Shown: in pieces, positions 26,745 to 39,527 of the stretch
Position numbering within the stretch: position 1 is the stretch's first letter
How the letters are laid out: every line of letters begins with the position of its first letter
Assembly (NCBI GenBank): GCA_002269645.1
Contig: NIVC01000401.1
Coordinates: forward strand, 186,001-250,000
Reading direction: 5' to 3'
DNA from: Macrostomum lignano
Lineage: Eukaryota
DNA length: 64,000 bases
Notes under the pieces: model-generated
What the model was told of the DNA's origin: nothing
Database searches by the model: none
The model's input: only the letters and a program-made list of their open reading frames with translations
Translations under genes and position numbers: made by a program

Positions 26745-27310
26745 TAGAACAGCTCAAGGTTAGTTGGAACAGCTCAAGGATAGTTAGAACAGCGCAAGGA
26801 TAGTTAAAACAGCTCAAGATTAGTTAGAACAGCTCAAGATTAGTTAGAACAGCTCAAGATTAGTTAGAACAGCTCAAGATTAGTTAGAACAGCTCAAGAT
26901 TAGTTAGAACAGCTCAAGATTAGTTAGAACAGCTCAAGGATAGTTAAAACAGCTCAAGGTTAGTTAGAACAGCTCAAGGTTAGTTAGAACAGCTCAAGGA
27001 TAGTTAAAACAGCTCAAGGATAGTTAAAACAGCTCAAGGATAGTTAAAACAGCTCAAGGATAGTTAGAACAGTTTAAGGTTAGTTGGAACAACTCAAGAT
27101 TAGTTGGAACAGCTCAAGGTTAGAACAGCTCAAAGTTAGTTAGAACAGTTTAAGGTTAGTTGGAACAACTTAAGATTAGTTGGAACAGCTCAAGGTTAGA
27201 ACAGCTCAAAGTTAGTTAGAACAGTTTAAGGTTAGTTGGAACAACTTAAGATTAGTTGGAACAACTCAAGGATAGTTAGAACAGCTCAAGATTAGCTGGA
27301 ACAGCTCAAA
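26745..27310. repeat. 20-bp minisatellite
   Basis: Unit TAGTTAGAACAGCTCAAGAT. Confidence 0.93.
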
Positions 27311-27566
27311 GAACAGCCCAGATTTCTGCGTCGTTTTATTTAAAGAGTATAATCTCACTAATTATTCTTTAATACTGCTCACCGTTAATTACTGTTTAGT
27401 TAGTAGTAGTATATATTGCATATTCTCACTTATAATTGTTTGCTTTGAAAGTTCAGTCCGCTCAAACTAGCACTTTTTTCACGTAAATAAATCAATTTTA
27501 TACATGAAATAAACTTCAACACTGCGAGCGATATGCATGTAATCAATTCCAATTGCATTTGCGCAG

Positions 27567-28408
27567 AGAGCTCAGCCAATGGGTCCATCTCTGATGAGCA
27601 GCGACGCTCCGCCAACGCAGCTAATGCTAGCTTCGCTGACGGCAGTTCGACGACCAAAGACAATGGCGAGAGCGATGGAAATGGCAACGGAGAAAGCCAA
27701 GGCGATGGCGATGGCGACAGCGGCAAGGCGACGTCTACTGGAGCGGAGGGCGAGCTGCCGCCAACCACCGCCGCTGACGATCTCGGCGACGACGCCGGCG
27801 AAGGCGAGGGAGTTGGCGAGGACAACGCCGACGATGCCGCTGAAGGCGAAGGAGAAGGCAACAAAAATGACGGCGACGGCGAAAGCGGCGATGCAGCGGC
27901 AGCCCCGGGCGAGCCGATCTCCTCTATTCAGCTTCGCCAGTCGGACCGCGACGGCCGCCAGGACCGGCCGAGCAGCCTCCGCCTGCCTCGCCAGTTCCCC
28001 GTGGCCGCCGCCGCCGCCGCAGCGGCAGCCGGCAACGACAGCCTGACGCAGCGGCTCGAAGCCGCTCTAAGCAGCGCGGCGCCTTTGTTGCGCGAAATTT
28101 TCATTGATTTCTCCGGCTTTCTATCGAAAACTCTGATTGGCTCGCACGGCCAGGAGCTGCTGGTTGGCGGCCTGGTCACCCTGAAGGAGAGCAGCAGCGT
28201 TGTAGAACTGGTGATGCTGCTGTGCTCGCAGGAGTGGCAAAACTCGCTGCAGAAACACGCCGGATTAGCTTTTATCGAGCTAGTTAACGAGGGCAGGATA
28301 TTGTCGCACGCCACTAGGGATCATATTGTTCGAGTGGCTAACGAGGCTGAATTCATTTTGAATCGGATGCGGGCCGAGGATGTGCAGAAGCACGCCGATT
28401 TCGAACAG
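27567..28408 (+). CDS. nbea: NBEA exon: acidic Gly/Asp linker then DUF1088 region
   Basis: CAG acceptor in phase 1, GTGAG donor; [55 protein letters not shown]. Confidence 0.95.
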
Positions 28409-28499
28409 GTGAGCTGCGCGCGTTTATTAACTGACCTAGCCTGCTCAGTATTGAGCTTGAAGACTTGCTCAGCTCAATCGATCAAGATCGAAATCAGAT

Positions 28500-29745
28500 T
28501 GACCTTCATTTGACATTCGTTTGACCTTCATTTGACCTTCGTTTGACCTTCATTTGACCTCTTATCATTTTGACTCGAGTTCGGGGCGTCATTCGACTTT
28601 CAGTAGATTGGGGTAATTCTACCTCCAGTTATCTGGAGTCATTCGTGCTCATTCGGATTGGGGTCATTCGACCTCCACTAGCTTGGAGTCATTCGACCTC
28701 TACTATCTTGGGGTAATTCGTCATTCAGAAGATTGGAGTCATTCTACCTCTAGTAGCTTGGGTCATTCGTCCTCCAGTAGATTGGGGTCATTCGACCTTC
28801 AGGAGAGTTGGGTCATTCGACCTCCACTAGCTTGGGGTCATTCGTCCTCCAGTAGATTGGGGTCATTCGACCTTCAGGAGAGTGGGGTCATTCGTCCTCC
28901 AGTAGATTGGGGTCATTCGACCTTCAGGAGAGTTGGGTCATTCGTCCTTCAGTAGCTTGGGGTCATTCGACTTCCAGTAGATTGGGGTCATTCGTCCTCC
29001 AGTAGATTGGGGTCATTCGTCCTCCAGTAGATTGGGGTCATTCGTCCTTCAGTAGATTGGGGTCATTCGTCCTCCACTAGCTTGTGGTCATTCGTCTCCA
29101 GTTGATTGGGGTCATTCGACCTCCAGTTGATTGGGGTCATTCGACTTCCAGTAGATTGGGGTCATTCGGCCTCCAGTAGATTGGGGTCATTCGGCCTCCA
29201 GTAGATTGGGGTCATTCGACCTTCAGGAGAGTTGGGTCATTCGACCTCCACTAGCTTGGGGTCATTCGTCCTCCAGTAGATTGGGGTCATTCGACCTTCA
29301 GGAGAGTGGGGTCATTCGTCCTCCAGTAGATTGGGGTCATTCGACCTTCAGGAGAGTTGGGTCATTCGTCCTTCAGTAGCTTGGGGTCATTCGACTTCCA
29401 GTAGATTGGGGTCATTCGTCCTCCAGTAGATTGAGGTCATTCGTCCTCCAGTAGATTGAGGTCATTCGTCCTCCAGTAGATTGGGGTCATTCGTCCTCCA
29501 GTAGATTGGGGTCATTCGTCCTTCAGTAGATTGGGGTCATTCGTCCTCCACTAGCTTGTGGTCATTCGTCTCCAGTTGATTGGGGTCATTCGACCTCCAG
29601 TTGATTGGGGTCATTCGACTTCCAGTAGATTGGGGTCATTCGGCCTCCAGTAGATTGGGGTCATTCGGCCTCCAGTAGATTGGGGTCATTTGACCTTCGA
29701 ATAGCTTGAAGTCATTCGTCCTTCAGTAGCTTGGGGTCATTCGAA
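28500..29745. repeat. 25-bp minisatellite preceded by short TTGACCTTC repeats
   Basis: Unit GGGGTCATTCGTCCTCCAGTAGATT. Confidence 0.92.
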
Positions 29746-29868
29746 CCCAAGATTATTGCAAAATATTTGCTTACTTTTTTTCGTAAGTAAGTCACTTACT
29801 ATTACTAGGCTTAACTGCAATTTAATCGTAAATATTAAATCTAAAATCTTGAAAAATTTCACGCTTAG

Positions 29869-30032
29869 ATTTGCGCGCAAACATCAGCTGAACGGCGTGA
29901 AGAAGAGAAGCTGTGCGACCACCTCATCACCTCGGCTAGGCAACGCGACTCCGCGCAGGGCGTGAAAATCCGCGAGAAAGTCTACAATACACTGTGCAAT
30001 CGGCACGGGCCTTGGGGCTCGCCGACTAAAGA
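29869..30032 (+). CDS. nbea: NBEA exon, [27 protein letters not shown]...RHGPWG
   Basis: TAG acceptor, GTGAGT donor, phase 0 to 2; matches CAQY...E-MCDHLI-AA--RD...HGAWG. Confidence 0.92.
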
Positions 30033-30049
30033 GTGAGTGACAGTTTCAC

Positions 30050-30590
30050 TCCCATCAGTGAATGGGGAGTGACTTGGATCAGTGAACCAGTAGATTCATG
30101 ACCGACTGGGATCAGTGAATGGAGACTGACTAGATCAGTGAATAAGGAGATTCTTAACTGACTTTGATCAGTGAATGGCTTAATGACTTGGATCAGTGAA
30201 TGGGAAACGACTGGGATCAGTGAATGGTGAATGACTGGGATCAGTAAATGGTGAATGACTAGGATCGGTAAATGGTGAATGACTTGGATCAGTGAATGGT
30301 GAATGATTGGGATCAGTAAATGGTGAATGACTTAGATCAGTGAATGGTGAATGACTGGGATCAGTAAATGGTGAATGACTGGGATTAGTGAATGGTGAAT
30401 GACTGGGATTAGTGAATGGTGAATGACTGGGATTAGTGAATGGTGAATGACTGGGGTCAGTGAATGGTGAATGACTGGGATTAGTGAATGGTGAATGACT
30501 GGGGTCAGTGAATGGTGAATGACTGAGATTAGTGAATGGCTTAATGACTTGGATCAGTGAATGGGGAATGACTGGGATCAGTGAATGTTG
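30050..30590. repeat. 24-bp minisatellite filling most of a 617-nt intron
   Basis: Unit GATCAGTGAATGGTGAATGACTGG. Confidence 0.92.
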
Positions 30591-30649
30591 AGATTCTTTG
30601 CTAACTGGGATCTTTGGAGATTTTATTGATGTTCCCGCCACCGCGCCAG

Positions 30650-30912
30650 GCGCCTGGAATTCTTCCGACTGGACTCCTGGGAAGACGACAGCCGCCGGCG
30701 TCGCCGACTTGTCCCGAACGCTCACGGCAGCACGCATCCGGAGGCGACGCTGAAGGCCGCCATGGAGCACGGCGCCTCGCCGGAAGTAGTGCAACTCGCT
30801 CGCGAGGCTGTGGTTGCCTGTCGAAACGCCAGCAAACTGCGCGAAGACGGCCACGGTGTCACCGACGAAGAGCTGATGACTGCCGATGCTGATTCCGAGA
30901 TCGACCTGCCCG
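30650..30912 (+). CDS. nbea: NBEA exon, RLEFFRLDSWEDDSRRRRRLVPNAHGSTHPEATLKAAMEH...
   Basis: CAG acceptor, GTGAGT donor, phase 2 to 1; matches EFWRLDYWEDDLRRRRRF--NP-GSTH-EATLK. Confidence 0.94.
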
Positions 30913-31554
30913 GTGAGTTTTGAGTGTCTGTGCTCAACTGAGTTTTCATCTCCGCTATCTGTCTGTTGTGGATCCAAAATAACTATTTATTTGTCAGGCC
31001 CCATTGCTGCACGAACCAATTCAAAGTTGGAAAAAACTATCCAATCTTACTACTCGCATGCGCAACCTCAGTAGTCTAAGCAACATTTTGTGCAGAACTT
31101 TCTGTTTATACTACTAAAATAATTCTTTACAATGCAATTCAGGTTTGGATAACGGCCCGATGATAGTTGGTAATATAATATCCAAGCAGATTGTTCAGGC
31201 GTATCTCTTACTATTTCCTTATGTTGCTTCTCTTATTAATTCTTCCGCTAAGCTTGAGTTCTTGCTAATCCAATATTGATGCCGTGACGTCTTCTTACCA
31301 TCTGACTGGCATTTATTGCGAAATATAACTTTATGTCAATAATGCTTTGAATTTAACGGACTATAAAAATAATAACTTTTTGTGATGTTTCCTAAACTCC
31401 TAATGTCACAATACAACTTTATACTAATTTATGCACTACATTCCAAATAGGGCTTTGCTTTCTGTTATTGTACATTCGAATCGTTATTAATTTATAACTT
31501 TAATTCCTAGCCAAATACTATAACATACCAACGCCTCCCAAAGTGCATACTACT

Positions 31555-32350
31555 GTAGTCTAACCCTACACATCCCTAATGTACACACTCCAGCCAAACC
31601 CCTAATGTACACACTCCAGCCAAACCCCTAACCATCCCCAATGTACACTCTAGCCAAACCCCTACCCATACCTAATGTACACACTCCAGCCAAACCCATA
31701 CCCATCCCCAATGTACACTCTAGCCAAACCCCTACCCATACCTAATGTACACACTCCAGCCAAACCCCTAACCATCCCCAATGTACACTCTAGCCAAACC
31801 CCTACCCATCCCTAATATACACACTCCAGCCAAACCCCTAATGTACACACTCCAGCCAAACCCTTACCCATCCCCAATGTACACTCTAGCCAAACCCCTA
31901 CCCAAACCTAATGTACACACTCCAGCCAAACCCCTACACATACCTAATGTACACACTCCAGCCGAACCCCTGCCCATCCTCAATGTACACTCCAGCCGAA
32001 CCCCTACCCATCCTCAATGTACACTCCAGCCAAACCCCTACCCATCCTCAATGTACACACTAGCCAAACCCCTACCCATCCCCAATGTACACTCTAGCCA
32101 AACCCCTACCCAAACCTAATGTACACACTCCAGCCAAACCCCTACACATACCTAATGTACACACTCCAGCCAAACCCCTACCCATCCTCAATGTACACTC
32201 CAGCCGAACCCCTACCCATCCTCAATGTACACTCCAGCCGAACCCCTACCCATCCTCAATGTACACTCCAGCCGAACCCCTACCCATCCTCAATGTACAC
32301 ACTAGCCGAACCCTACCCTTTCCAATGTACACACTCTAGCCCAAACCCTA
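31555..32350. repeat. 34-36-bp minisatellite
   Basis: Unit about AATGTACACTCCAGCCAAACCCCTACCCATCCTC. Confidence 0.92.
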
Positions 32351-32864
32351 CCTCTCTTCTGTGTACACACGCTCTTGCCAGGTCAACTCTTATTTATCTC
32401 CATATCCAAATAATTCTTAGTTACTTAGCATTTAGGTATTGTGATGATGCTGAAGGGTTCAATAATTTCTAGCTGATGTTTGCATTAATTTTTGCATGGA
32501 TAGAAGTGAAGCTGCAGGACATGTATTGCTTAATTTTTTGCTTTTTTTAGTTCACTGTAGGTTACAATGCATTTCTTTGTCAGCTTACTGCAAAGTCTCA
32601 TTAACTCATTGCAGATAAAGGATACAAGCATAGAATTTATCTAGGTATTTCACGTGTTTTAAGTCGTTGTCTTTTTTAATAAATTCATCCATTTTTTTAG
32701 TAAGGTGATTCTTCAACAGCATTACATTCGAATCGCTAAATAATTGGTTTTTTCTACATGTATATTGGTAGTTGGTGAAATCGCTGTGCAATTGAAGCAG
32801 GGAAATAGACTGATTGCCTTTGATCCTAAAATGCTCTTAAATATGATTGTTCAAAAAATTATCT

Positions 32865-33585
32865 AATCCGATCCCCTGACCCAATCCGATCCACTGACCC
32901 AATCCGATCTCCTGACCCAATCCGATCCCCTGACCCAATCCGATCCACTGACCCAATCCCACTGACCCAATCCTATCCCCTGTCCAAACCTATCCCCTCA
33001 CCCAATCCGATCTCCTGACCCAATCCGATCCACTGACCCAATCCTACTGACCCAATCCTATCCCCTGACCCAATCCTATCCCCTGACCCAATCCGATCTC
33101 CTGACCCAATCCGATCCCCTGACCCAATCCCACTGACCCAATCCGATCCACTGACCCAACCCGATCCCGTGACCCAACCCGATCCCCTGACCCAATCCGA
33201 TCCACTGACCCAACCCGATCCCGTGACCCAACCCGATCCCCTGACCCTATCCGATCCATTGGCCCAATCCAATCCACTGACCCAATCCGATCCCCTGACC
33301 CGATCCGATCCACTGACCCAATCCGATCCACTGACCCAACCCGATCCCGTGACCCAATCCGATCCAATGACCCGATCCGATCCACTGACCCAATCCGATC
33401 CACTGACCCAACCCGATCCCGTGACCCAATCCGATCCACTGACCCAATCCGATCCACTGACCCAATCCGATCCACTGACCCAACCCGATCCCGTGACCCA
33501 ATCCGATCCACTGACCCAATCCGATCCACTGACCCAATCCGATCCACTGACCCAATCCGATCCACTGAACCAATCCGATCCCCTT
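32865..33585. repeat. 18-bp minisatellite
   Basis: Unit TGACCCAATCCGATCCAC. Confidence 0.93.
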
Positions 33586-33947
33586 ACTTAATTTGATTGA
33601 TTCCACAGTACAAAAATCAATTTACCATGTAATCAATACACCCCTAATATTTCTGTATTGCTGTGCTCTGTGAATGTGCTTATTACTATTAGTACAGAAG
33701 GACAATCCGTGGTGTTTTCTATTCGTAAATTAAATTTTCTTGTTGCCGAATCCCGACTTTAATTATCAAATTAGAACGTGAACAATGTTGCTGATTCTCG
33801 CCGATATGTATCGAAAAAATATTCCTGGATTAGAGCTTACCCTTCAGAAAAAACAATAACCCGATTCATGCTACGTATTTAAACGTACAAGTAGTCTACA
33901 CCGGACATCAACCTCCCCTATCGTTTCCTTATTCTAATCCGCTTCAG

Positions 33948-34084
33948 GCCCCGTCGCTCTGTCTATCAGCTGCCTATTACTGGCACCCGGAGTCCAAATT
34001 GTCGGCCAGCTGTCCGTGACGAAGGCCGAGCTCTACTTCGAGATGGACGCCGACTCCGAGGAGAATAAAAAATTGGACGAAAAG
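33948..34084 (+). CDS. nbea: NBEA exon, first half of PH domain, GPVALSISCLLLAPG...ELYFEMD...KKLDEK
   Basis: CTAAT branch-like site, TTCAG acceptor, GTAAG donor; matches GPVSLST---L-AP...ELYFEVDE...KKIDPK. Confidence 0.93.
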
Positions 34085-35419
34085 GTAAGCGAATTTTTTC
34101 ATTTTAATGCGTTGTTCTTACATTTTCGCTTGTTTTCGTATTTTTTAGCATTTATTCAGCAATAACCTCGATATTGCTACTGTTATTAGAAAAAAGTAGG
34201 ATCATAAGCGTTTTTGCGTATTTTTGTTTGTTATTATTTTATCTCATACAAATAACAGAGATATCTACGATACAACTCTTGGGTGGAAGCAGAGTAGCTA
34301 AGCGGTAAATGCGTCCCGGGTTCGATGCCGCGACTCTTAAAGGCAATCCATGACTAGTTGAGCCTCTAATTGAGCCTCTAACTGAGCATCAAATCGCCAG
34401 TCTCGAATTCAGCCTCTAATTGAGCCTCTAATCCAGCCTCCAATACGAGCCTCAAATAGCGAGCATCAAATCTGGGTCATTTTTAGAGGCTGCCACACCC
34501 AAGAGTAGGGCTCTAACCTAGACTCTAGCCTCCCATTGGTTTAGTGTAACCAAATAAAAAAAATCATTAGAGGCTAGCGCCAAAAAGTTAGCCTCCAACA
34601 CCCTCCAGATTTCCGATCGAGACTGTTTGCAAACTGTTTGAAACACAGTTTGGGATTCAGTCTGGGATCGACTGTTGCCTTTGATTACTGGAATATATTA
34701 TATGAATTATTGAAATATTTCGATTTTCTTAGAAATTCTATCCCAAACAGTGAAAGTTGTGTCTATAATCTCCAGCTTTAAATGCATATATATATATATA
34801 TATATATATATGCATATCTGTGATTATTGGATCAGGCGGGCAGGGAAAATAGCGACATTGACAGAATTTGGGGTGAGTTCAGGGTAGGGGGGGGGGGTTT
34901 GGTGGCCACCGCCGGTCAGAAAATTTGCATTAAAATAATACGATAGGAACCGCAGAGGAGAAACAAGCACCCGAGGCCTCTCTGACTGACTAATTATTCT
35001 CCCAGCGACTGACCCCGGCGGACCCACCCCCACCCTCCCCGATCCCACACCACCAGCCCCTTCTAGTCTACACGGGACTCTCCGTGTTCGCGTGTGCCCA
35101 GCTCGAACTCGGGCTGTACGACTCCGGGGGGATGGGATGCAAGCTTATGATGATTATGATGCTGCTGCTGCTGCTGATGATGAAGGTGGGAAGCTGGGCC
35201 TCCCCGAGTGTTATGATGGACTGGGAGGAAAGGGGGGCATCCACGAACTACTGAGAGCGCTCGCCGCGCAATATGATGGACGCTTCTCTCGCGCCGCTGG
35301 GAATTCCTGACAGAGTTCTCGCTTCGGTGACCGCGTCTCTTAGCCAGCCGCCAGCCTTGGCCACAGCTGGCTGGCCTGCAGGTCTCTTACTGTGTGCGTC
35401 TGGCATGTCTTGTTGGGTT

Positions 35420-35474
35420 TTCTGTCTGTCTATTAATGCCTGTGTGTCTGTGTGTCTGTCTGCCTGTCTGTTAA

Positions 35475-35507
<33 letters not shown>

Positions 35508-35518
35508 GTCTGTCTGCC

Positions 35519-35601
<83 letters not shown>

Positions 35602-35616
35602 GTGTTTGCCTGTCTG

Positions 35617-35713
<97 letters not shown>

Positions 35714-35748
35714 GTCTGTCTGTGTCTGTCTGTCTGTCTGTCTGTCTA

Positions 35749-35841
<93 letters not shown>

Positions 35842-35900
35842 ATGTCTTTCTGTCTGTCTATCTTTCTGTGTCTGTCTGTGTCTGTCTGTCTGTCTGTCTA

Positions 35901-35979
<79 letters not shown>

Positions 35980-35980
35980 T

Positions 35981-36017
<37 letters not shown>

Positions 36018-36036
36018 GTGTTTGTCTGCCTGTCTG

Positions 36037-36075
<39 letters not shown>

Positions 36076-36112
36076 GTCTGTCTGTCTGTCTATGTGTTTG
36101 TCTGCCTGTCTG

Positions 36113-36157
<45 letters not shown>

Positions 36158-36250
36158 GTCTGTCTGTCTGTCTATCTGTCTTTCTGTCTGTCTATCTTTC
36201 TGTGTCTGTCTGTGTCTGTCTGTCTGTCTGTCTATCTGTCTGTCTGTCTG

Positions 36251-36294
<44 letters not shown>

Positions 36295-36312
36295 CGTCTG
36301 TCTGTCTGTCCA
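35420..36312. repeat. (GTCT)n microsatellite
   Basis: Direct reading. Confidence 0.96.
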
Positions 36313-37489
36313 GTTTTCAGTCTAACATTTGATCATGTCAGCATCATTCCATGCTTTTCTTCTGTTTTCTGATCCTCGTCTTCAATCTTCTGTCCCTCTC
36401 GTTCAGTTGCCATCGCAACCTGTCCTGTTCTCCAATTTCAACTTGAGGGGACTTTCACCTCAGTTATGGATGGCTAAGCGAAGCCCTTTCCGTCTTATTT
36501 TCTAGCTCGCCCCCCCCCCCTGGGACCTGGACTCAGATTTGCGCTTCGCTTTTTAATAATTTGTCGCCACTCGCCACCGCGTCTCCCTGATTGACGAGTT
36601 TCTAAACTTGACAAAACACCTCAATGCATTTTCATAATTTGTTTGGCTTTCTGTTATACTTTCTCGGGTCTCTTGGGGATCAAAGCTAATAGAAGGCCAT
36701 CAATTCAAGCTGTGATCATTTGCTTGTCGATGTGTTCACAGCGCATCACAGTTTTACGTATTCAATACCTGGTGTCTCAAAAACGAATCTTGTCCGAATA
36801 ATTAAATTTTTCGAAAAGTTTAGCTGTAATTATCGACTTTAATTTTAACCTTCTTACATAAGCAACCGGGTTAATCTGCAACTATATATATAATTTAGTA
36901 AAGTTTAGTGTACGACGATACTTTAAAAACAGACCCCCATTCCTTTTCACCGGAAGGCAAGTAATGATGACATTTCGAAGCCCTTTTTAATCCTATACAA
37001 ATTATATTATATGATTAAGTATTGCATAGGCTTTACTCGCTTCGTAGCCGGGGTGAATTTTCTGTTAACAGAATGGCAGATCCATTTGGCCACTCTTTAA
37101 GACTGGGAAGCGGGGAGAAAAGAGGAGAGGAGGGGAGAGTAGTAAGATTGAATATTTTTTCCATCCGATAATGGAGGCGTAAAACGGATTACTCGTGGAG
37201 ATGGGTGGAGGAAGGGATTAGCGAGTGAAAATTGATTGAGAAAGCTATATAGTTATAGTGGCTTGCAGCTGGTTGTGGAATTGGTGAAATTGTTGCCAAG
37301 TTGATTATAGCGTCTATGCTGTAGTTGTGGATGAAAATAATAATTACTGTGAGTCAGTGAAGTAGTCTGTGCTTTTCAGTGATTTTTATTATAGAGAATG
37401 TTTTTAAAACAGTTTGACAGACACTACGGAGGCGAGATTAGATATTAAAAAATTTAGTGAATTTCAGATTAAAAATATTTAATATTTAA

Positions 37490-37870
37490 CAGTGAGAGTA
37501 GATTTGAGAGAGTGAGAGTAGATTTGAGGGAGAGAGAGTAGATGCGAGAGAGTGAGAGTAGATTTAAAAGAGTGAAAGTAGATTCGAAAGAGTGAGAGTA
37601 GATTCGAGAGAGTAAGAATAGATTTGAGAGAGTGAGAGTAGATTTAAGAGACAATGAGAGTAGATTTGAGAGAGTGAGAGTAGATTCGAGAGAGTAAGAG
37701 TAGATTTGAGAGAGTGATAGTAGATTTGAGAGAGTGAGAGTAAATTTAAGAGACAGTGAGAGTAGATTTGAGAGAGTGAGAGTAGATTTAAGAGAGTGAG
37801 AGTAGATTTAAGAGACAGTGAGGGTAGATTTGAGAGAGTGAGAGTAGATTTAAGAGATAGTAGAGTATAT
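37490..37870. repeat. About 20-bp purine-rich minisatellite
   Basis: Unit about GAGAGTGAGAGTAGATTTGA. Confidence 0.88.
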
Positions 37871-38859
37871 TTAAAAGAGTTAGGGAAAGTTTATATACTG
37901 AGAAGAGATTGGAAGTTATTGGGGTGAGGTTAATGCAACTGAGAAGATTTAGCCGGCCAGTTCGAAAGAGTCGTTTTATTAAGAAAGAGAGAATCATGAG
38001 ATTCGATTTCAGATATCAGGAGATGACTATAGACTAACACAATGAGACATTTAAGAAAGCAGTCAGTGAAAGAAAGGCAAGGCATGTTGGATGAAAGAGG
38101 GCTAGCAGAGCCCTCCTATAGTCATCCTAATTAATAATCTCCCATATGCTGGTCACTTCAGACCAGTCACCATTGGCCATAGCCGCTAAGAGCTCTCCCT
38201 GTCACTTAGTAATTAAGCTTAGACCAAGCGCCTGCATCTACATATGCTTATATAATGCTATTAGCGGCAAGTCTAATGGCTTCGGCCTTTTTTGAGCGTC
38301 CAATGCTTATTTGTGCTCATATTATCGATGAACAGATTGATGGCTCGCTGAGCTCTTGTCTTGTTCGATCTTTGGAAAAGGAATCTTATAATAATTCTTT
38401 CCGCTTTCCCTATCTTCCTGTCAGGCCCTTCCCGACCGAGAGGTCACTTTGATGCCAGATGTCCAATAGGCTTATCTATGTCCATCACTCACGGCCCCAT
38501 TATCCAGTCTGATAAGCCATGCCTTTCTGTTTGCTTGATGTTGAAATAAATTTAAGTCAAACTGAAAAAATCAGTGGTTACTAATTAGTACGAGTAGTTA
38601 GGGATAATTTATATGTGCGAATGTACTTCATGCTAAGATTACTTGTATTTAGTTACTATATATGTTCTGCTTAGTTTATTATTTCTACGCTTGTATTTTG
38701 TTACATTATATAACCGCATTTTTGACATGCTTTTTGAGAATTTATAATAACAGTTATTATATTCAATCAATAATGTTGTACATTATACTCGTAGCTTGGT
38801 ATGCTTGCTAATCTCATATGCTTGGGCTTGAGAGTGCTTGAACTCACCTTACTGTCTCT

Positions 38860-39365
38860 CTACCTGTCCGCTCCTTATCCGCCCCATCTACCTTTCCGCT
38901 CCTTATCCGCCCCTCTACCTGTCCGCTCCTTATCCGCCCCATCTACCTGTCCGCTCCTTATCCACCCCTCTACCTGTCCGCTCCTTATCCACCCCATCTA
39001 CCTGTCCGCTCCTTATCCACCCCATCTACCTGTCCGCCCTTTTCCGCCCCATCTACCTGTCCGCTCCTTATCCACCCCTCCACCTGTCCACTCCTCATCC
39101 GCCCCATCTACCTGTCCGCTCCTTATCCGCCCCTCTACCTGTCCGCTCCTTATCCGCCCCATCTACCTGTCCGCTCCTTATCCGCCCCATCTACCTGTCC
39201 GCTCCTTATCCGTCTCATCTACCTGTCCGCTCCTTATCCACCCCATCTACCTGTCCACTCTTTATCCGCCCTATCTACCTGTCCGCTCCTTATCCACCCC
39301 ATCTACCTGTCCGCTCCTTATCCGTCCCATCTACCTGTCCGCTCTTTATCCGCCCCTCTACTTCT
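38860..39365. repeat. 28-29-bp minisatellite just downstream of the mab-21 stop
   Basis: Unit CTACCTGTCCGCTCCTTATCCGCCCCAT. Confidence 0.92.
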
Positions 39366-39527
39366 ACCCGTCCTATGTCTCATCTATGTGTCCCTTTCAC
39401 CCTCCCCAGAAGTCTCTCAAAAAAGCATTTTTCTAAAATTCAAAGCGAACTGAAGCGAACTCAAAATCACAATTCCGCAACAAATAAGCATTATATGGTT
39501 AGCGGTCAGAGGAAAGTTACCAGAGGC

